Of a stretch of 64,000 bases of DNA, positions 58,842-64,000 are shown piece after piece. Each line of letters begins with the position of its first letter. The stretch's first letter is position 1. The notes under the pieces are model-generated. The model was not told where the DNA came from and did not search any database. It saw only the letters and a program-made list of their open reading frames with translations. Source of the DNA: Nitrospirota bacterium (lineage in GTDB: Bacteria > Nitrospirota > UBA9217); assembly GCA_963751455.1 (NCBI GenBank), contig CAVVUN010000015.1, forward strand, positions 608,001-672,000. The letters run 5' to 3'. The translations under genes were made by a program, and so were the position numbers.

Positions 58842-59772
58842 AGATCTCCCAAGGCCGCTTTCAAACAAAACAGGTTGGCCATGGACAAAAGAGTCAACAG
58901 CGGTGTCGTCATCAAGCCGCAACGGACAGCCATGGCCTAAAATCAGCATCGTAACACCCTCGTATAACCAAGGTCAATTTATCGAAGAGACAATAAGATC
59001 AGTGCTGCTCCAGAACTATCTCAATATGGAGTACATTATTATGGATGGAGGGAGCACCGATAATACCGTTGAGATCATAAAGAAATATGAGCCATGGTTG
59101 ACCTACTGGGTGAGCGAGAAGGATAAAGGCCAAGCAGACGCAATCGCGAAGGGATTTTCCATTGCCTCAGGCAGTATAATCGCCTGGCTCAATTCAGACG
59201 ATTATTATCTACCAAATTGTTTTCAGCATGTTGCAGGATTGTTTGCTTCGGGCAATGAAATTGAGATCATTATGGGTGGCTGCAAATACATAACTGCGTC
59301 AGGGCGTCTTATCGACAAGAACTATGGATTTCTACAAGATTATGACAATCTTAGAATCGTAGGAATGTTTTCGCCGCAACCATCAATGTTTTGGACGAAA
59401 CGTTCATATTTAAATGCCGGTGGTCTCGAAACAACTCTAAATTTTTGCATGGATTATGATTTAATAATCCGGCTTATTAAAGACAATAAAGCGCATCATA
59501 CCACGCGAATGATTTCAGCAAGTCGTCTCCATGACGACGCAAAAAGCTGCACCATGCAGGAAACTTTGCGGCAGGAAGATATTCTCATTGGTCACCGATA
59601 TGGACGTTTTGAATTGCCAAGCCATGTGATAGATTCCATAAAATCACAATCATGGAGAAAATACAGGAATTTTCAACGTTACCATTTTATGCTTGATGCG
59701 TACTGTGACCCTCAGTTTTTTATAAAGCATGGCATAGTTCTATTAATGCAAAAATTAAAGATAAGGCGTTAA
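58822..59772 (+). CDS. GT2 glycosyltransferase
   Basis: WPKISIVTPSYNQGQFIEETIRSVL, DGGSTD and WLNSDD. Confidence 0.92.
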   Translation: MQCPTVKDLPRPLSNKTGWPWTKESTAVSSSSRNGQPWPKISIVTPSYNQGQFIEETIRSVLLQNYLNMEYIIMDGGSTDNTVEIIKKYEPWLTYWVSEKDKGQADAIAKGFSIASGSIIAWLNSDDYYLPNCFQHVAGLFASGNEIEIIMGGCKYITASGRLIDKNYGFLQDYDNLRIVGMFSPQPSMFWTKRSYLNAGGLETTLNFCMDYDLIIRLIKDNKAHHTTRMISASRLHDDAKSCTMQETLRQEDILIGHRYGRFELPSHVIDSIKSQSWRKYRNFQRYHFMLDAYCDPQFFIKHGIVLLMQKLKIRR

Positions 59773-59773
59773 C

Positions 59774-60427
59774 ATGTTTTCTTTTTTAAAAAGACTTATT
59801 CGTAAGCAAAGGCCTTTATGGCGAAAACTAGCAGGCGACAACGCCATTAGCCTTGATGAGTATCCAGACGCACCAGCGCTCTTCAGGATGTATCGGAACT
59901 TGATCGCAACCGGCCATAGAAGAGTACCGGGTGGATGGATTTATGAAGGCGAGTTTTATCCGGATTACCTTACAGTTGGAGGAAACACATTCGCTATACG
60001 AAGAACAGCATTGAAATATTGTAAGGGTACAGGACTTGATATTGGTGCGTCATATTGGCCGCTTCCTGGGAGTACGCCAATTGATACTGAATTGGGACCG
60101 GGTACGCAAAATGCGATCCACGATATACAGGAAAATTCTCAGGATTATGTTTTCAGTTCTCATTGCTTGGAGCATATTGAAAACTGGCAAGAAACTCTCG
60201 ATATTTGGATTGGCAAACTGAAGCCTGAAGGTATTTTATTTCTATATCTTCCGCATCCGTCCTGTAAATTGTGGAGCATGACAAACCCGCAAATGAATGA
60301 TATTCATAAGTGGGTCCCTAATCCGGATATTTTAAAAAAAACATTGCAATCAAAAAATATGACTATAGTCGATTTTAACGAAGGGCCTGATCATTTTTAT
60401 AGTTTTTATTTAGTCGCCCGAAAATAG
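59774..60427 (+). CDS. Class I SAM-dependent methyltransferase
   Basis: GLDIGA, DYVFSSHCLEH and LKPEGILFLYLP. Confidence 0.8.
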   Translation: MFSFLKRLIRKQRPLWRKLAGDNAISLDEYPDAPALFRMYRNLIATGHRRVPGGWIYEGEFYPDYLTVGGNTFAIRRTALKYCKGTGLDIGASYWPLPGSTPIDTELGPGTQNAIHDIQENSQDYVFSSHCLEHIENWQETLDIWIGKLKPEGILFLYLPHPSCKLWSMTNPQMNDIHKWVPNPDILKKTLQSKNMTIVDFNEGPDHFYSFYLVARK

Positions 60428-60437
60428 ATATTGATAA

Positions 60438-61424
60438 ATGTTAACGAAACCATGGCTGATACCCAGCAAGATTGTCCATGCTGGCGGCATTGAACTGCGC
60501 GCAGCTTTTGACGTGGCCCGTTACGGCCTGCCTGATGTAATGCTTCAGTTTGGCGGGGGTATTGGTGATGAATTACTGCTTACAGCTGTTGCGAGAGAGT
60601 TGAAGAAGCGCGAAGCTGGCATGAAGATTTGGCAGGTTTCTCATTCAGTCGATCTTCTAAAGTATAATCCTGACTATACAAAGATATTTTCTATGGATCA
60701 TTGGCCCTTACGTTATGCTCGTTTTTTAGAAAGGCGCAGATGTCGTCTGGCGTATGCGATTGAAAAAAAAATCCGTTGCGAGGAAATACCGCCTGATATC
60801 CATATCATAGCTGCTCTCTGTAGGAACGCCGGCATAAAGGGCAAAGTCTCTGCCAGACCTTATTTATTTCTGACGGAAGATGAAAAAATAAGCGGAAGTC
60901 TTGCGGAAAGGCAAATTGCCGTGCAATGCATAGCAGATAATTCCTATGCTACCGTTATGAGAAATAAACTATGGGATTTCCGCAAATTTCAGGATGTAGT
61001 TGATCAGATTAAATTTATAACAGGTAGTGAAATGCAAATAGTACAGATCGGGTCCGCTCACGACTTTCATTTACGGGGCGTAATAGATCTTTGCGGCAAA
61101 ACGACACTTCGGCAAAGTGCTGCTATTCTCAGCCAGTCTGATATTTTTATCGGAACTGTCGGTTTTCTGATGCACCTTGCGAGAGCAGTTGAATGCAGAT
61201 CAGTAATCATTTACGGAGGACGAGAGCATTCGTCGCAGACCGGATATATCTGTAATGAAAATTTAAATACTTATTTAGATTGTTCGCCGTGCTGGTTGTG
61301 GCATGATTGCGAATATGACAGAAAATGCATGCAAATCATTCGTGTAGAGGATGTTCTAAATGCGTATGAAAGAATCAAGGGAAGGCTAGATCATCCTCTC
61401 GAAACTGAAGAGGTATGCTTGTAG
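60438..61424 (+). CDS. GT9 (heptosyltransferase-like) glycosyltransferase
   Basis: GGIGDELL, DLCGKTTLRQSAAIL...GFLMHLA and CSPC...C...CM. Confidence 0.85.
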   Translation: MLTKPWLIPSKIVHAGGIELRAAFDVARYGLPDVMLQFGGGIGDELLLTAVARELKKREAGMKIWQVSHSVDLLKYNPDYTKIFSMDHWPLRYARFLERRRCRLAYAIEKKIRCEEIPPDIHIIAALCRNAGIKGKVSARPYLFLTEDEKISGSLAERQIAVQCIADNSYATVMRNKLWDFRKFQDVVDQIKFITGSEMQIVQIGSAHDFHLRGVIDLCGKTTLRQSAAILSQSDIFIGTVGFLMHLARAVECRSVIIYGGREHSSQTGYICNENLNTYLDCSPCWLWHDCEYDRKCMQIIRVEDVLNAYERIKGRLDHPLETEEVCL

Positions 61425-61549
61425 CCGGCAAAAAGAAAATGGCTTATTTATGCTGGACACTCTGACATGCTATTTGATCATCGTTGTTTAATGGCGGCAT
61501 AAGACGGAGCTGTTTACTTTTATTGAAATCGGTAGAGACGGGAAATAGA

Positions 61550-62740
61550 ATGGGTTCTCGGAAAATTCTCATCACGGCAGCCGCGATCGCAACTGGTGGT
61601 CTTGGTTCGTATCTTTTCACCGTGGCAAGAGGCTTAACGTTGCGGGGATGGGACGTTCATGTACTTATAACCGATGACTGCGGCGACCGTTATAACGACA
61701 TGGAGCAATACGCTGTTTGCCATAACATGGCAGGCTTGTCCCTGTCCTGGAAAAAAGTTTTTACAGCCGCTGAACTGATAAAGGGATTGGCGGCCGACGT
61801 CGTTCTTCTTAATCATACTCCTCTCGTTAATTATGCTTTGCCGCTTCTGGACAATAAAATCAAGCCTGTAGCGGTGTTGCATAGCGATGATACGAGATTC
61901 TACCGGAGTGCGACGCTGTTTCGAGACAGAATATTTCGCTGGATCGCACCTTCTATAAGCGTGGAGCAAGGTTGCCGAAACTATCTTGCGAATAAAGTTC
62001 AGGGCAGGTTTAAAACGATCTCTCACGGCGTAGACAGTGCCATTTTTTTCCCCGGCACAAATCGAGGCCGAGGGCGGCGCCGCAAAATTTCGTTTATCGG
62101 TTATATAGATAGGAATAAAGGAGCTGATTTATTACCATCCATTTTGTCGATGGTAGTTTCTAAATATCCCGAAGCTCAGCTTGAGATAATCGGCTACGGC
62201 CCTATGAGAGAACACCTTGAGAGAAAATTCGCAAAGTATGGATTGTCGGACGCTGTGGTCTTTACCGGCGTTCTTCGTCCGCAAGAGGTCGGAGATCGTC
62301 TGCGCGAAACAGACGTGCTTCTCCTGCCTACACGTATAGAGGGCTTCGGTTTGGTCATCGCAGAGGCTATGATGTGCGGAGCAGTCCCGGTCGTTTCGCT
62401 GCTGAAAGGAATCACGGATAACATTGTTGATGATGGAGTAAACGGTTTTGTTGTGCAACCCGAGAACGTTCATGCCTTTGCTGAAACTATCATTGCTCTC
62501 TTGGGGAGTCCTGAACGTATCGAATCGCTGTCTTTTGCGTCACAAACTGCGGCGCGAGAAAGGTTTTCTGAAAAAAGGATGCTTGACTCTTATGAGGCGT
62601 TGTTCGCAGAAGATGACGACAGAAGAAGCGTTCATCCACGTGGTAAAGTCGGCTGGATTAAAGAAACAGTCGATGAAATTATGCATCACGGAATTGATGC
62701 AAAGTGGCTGGTCAGGAGAGTTGCGGAAGTTTGGAAGTGA
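61550..62740 (+). CDS. GT4 glycosyltransferase
   Basis: HGVD, KGADLL and EGFGLVIAEAMMCG; ORF open from 61484. Confidence 0.9.
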   Translation: MGSRKILITAAAIATGGLGSYLFTVARGLTLRGWDVHVLITDDCGDRYNDMEQYAVCHNMAGLSLSWKKVFTAAELIKGLAADVVLLNHTPLVNYALPLLDNKIKPVAVLHSDDTRFYRSATLFRDRIFRWIAPSISVEQGCRNYLANKVQGRFKTISHGVDSAIFFPGTNRGRGRRRKISFIGYIDRNKGADLLPSILSMVVSKYPEAQLEIIGYGPMREHLERKFAKYGLSDAVVFTGVLRPQEVGDRLRETDVLLLPTRIEGFGLVIAEAMMCGAVPVVSLLKGITDNIVDDGVNGFVVQPENVHAFAETIIALLGSPERIESLSFASQTAARERFSEKRMLDSYEALFAEDDDRRSVHPRGKVGWIKETVDEIMHHGIDAKWLVRRVAEVWK

Positions 62741-62796
62741 TGCATCTCGAGCGAGAGCCTCTAATCAATATAGAGAGTAGACTAGCATAATAGAGT

Positions 62797-63954
62797 ATGA
62801 AGGCAGACATATATTTCATACAGTTTTTGAAAAATGATGAGATCAGCGTCGGAGTAGGGGGCATTGAGACGCTCATCACATATCTTTGTCCGCTCCTGGA
62901 AAGTCTCGGGCACGAAGTGACGGTTTATCAATGTGCCGGTCATGCTTTTGAAAGTACATACGGCAATGCACGCGTAATCAGTATACCTCGTTACCCAGGC
63001 CCCGGAATGTCTAATGAAAAGCTTGCACAGCAATTCAGAGATATAGCCCGCAACAGAGCCGGAATGGACAAAAGAATAGAAATATTTGCTGCTGATTTCT
63101 TTGCCGTAAAAAACAATAACCCCTTAGCTATTTGCGTTCAGAATGGGCTTGCCTGGGATGCGGCTATCGAGCTGATAACGCCAAAAAGAATTTATCACAA
63201 CTCCATCGGCGAGAAGATATTTCGCTATCGCTGCCAGTTGCGAGGGCTGAGAAGATTTGAAACGTGTTATAATCGCGTAGCGGTCGACCTTTATTTTCTC
63301 AATTGGTACAGAAGCTTTCGAGGTCCGAATTTTAAAGGTCGTCTTTTCTATAATCCTAATCCTGCTCCTGTTGCAGATTGGAATTATGATCGTGAAGATA
63401 AAAGCACAGCAAGGCCCCTCAGGATTATTTTTGCCAGGAGAATGGTCCCTGAAAAGGGTAGCCGTATTATAGCCGACGTATTCAAGCGGATTCTGAGCGA
63501 GCGACCTGATATTGAAATTACCTTGGCAGGCGAAGGGCCCGATGAAAAGCTTCTACGCAATGTATTTTTAAACGATAAGCGGGTTTCCATTATTACATAC
63601 CGAACTGACGACGCGCTGGCAGTTCATAGGAAACATGATATTGCGATAATTCCTTCTCTCTGTGGGGAGGCGACCTGCTTGTCCATACTTGAAGCTATGG
63701 CGGCAGGATGCGCAGTGATAGCGACGAACATGGGAGGCACTATAACGGAGATTATAAACGGATTTAACGGTGTCCTCTGTTGGCCGACTAAAGAGTCTCT
63801 GTATGAAGCTTTGCTGAAATTGATCGACTCTCCAGAAGAACGACTCAGAATGCAAAAAAGAGGGTGGGAAACATCACAAAAGTCGTTTAGTCTGCAGCAA
63901 TGGCAAGCACAGTGGAAGTACATTATCGAAACAATAGTGGAAAAATCAGTCTGA
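62797..63954 (+). CDS. GT4 glycosyltransferase
   Basis: GGIETL, RRMVPEKG and EATCLSILEAMAAG. Confidence 0.88.
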   Translation: MKADIYFIQFLKNDEISVGVGGIETLITYLCPLLESLGHEVTVYQCAGHAFESTYGNARVISIPRYPGPGMSNEKLAQQFRDIARNRAGMDKRIEIFAADFFAVKNNNPLAICVQNGLAWDAAIELITPKRIYHNSIGEKIFRYRCQLRGLRRFETCYNRVAVDLYFLNWYRSFRGPNFKGRLFYNPNPAPVADWNYDREDKSTARPLRIIFARRMVPEKGSRIIADVFKRILSERPDIEITLAGEGPDEKLLRNVFLNDKRVSIITYRTDDALAVHRKHDIAIIPSLCGEATCLSILEAMAAGCAVIATNMGGTITEIINGFNGVLCWPTKESLYEALLKLIDSPEERLRMQKRGWETSQKSFSLQQWQAQWKYIIETIVEKSV

Positions 63955-64000
63955 TAAAAGAAGTACATTTCGGTACCAGGCCCGCATCTCACAGTATTTT

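Overview
Bacterial chromosomal segment from a Gram-negative (Tol-Pal-containing), probably anaerobic organism. Gene content suggests Nitrospirota or Desulfobacterota, which is an inference. Almost every gene is on the + strand. In order: the 3' end of a surface protein with a CFI-box-CTERM tail; a HEAT-repeat protein; dnaJ-hspR-clpB under a perfect sigma70 promoter overlapped by a HAIR operator; a GAF-GGDEF cyclase; an unannotated 57-aa four-Cys protein divergent from an atypical thioredoxin reductase and two moeA paralogues; and tolQRAB, with tolB frameshifted. About 24 kb then separates tolB from pal-cpoB. This block holds two-component and c-di-GMP genes, a 7-PAS kinase and sigma54 activator followed by a complete sigma54 promoter in front of receivers and an RpoS-like sigma factor, and an oxidative pentose phosphate cluster. 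The last ~23 kb is a surface-glycan locus: a FecR protein with 14-aa repeats, OM beta-barrel, short Wza, Wzc, PHP phosphatase, O-antigen-ligase-like protein, TPR protein, Wzm/Wzt, a STELLO-like protein, methyl- and sulfotransferases, and GT2/GT4/GT9 enzymes. Many intergenic spacers carry hairpins built from 7-, 8- or 9-nt repeat units. No rRNA, tRNA, CRISPR array, integrase or transposase was recognised. All calls come from reading motifs by eye; no database searches were run.
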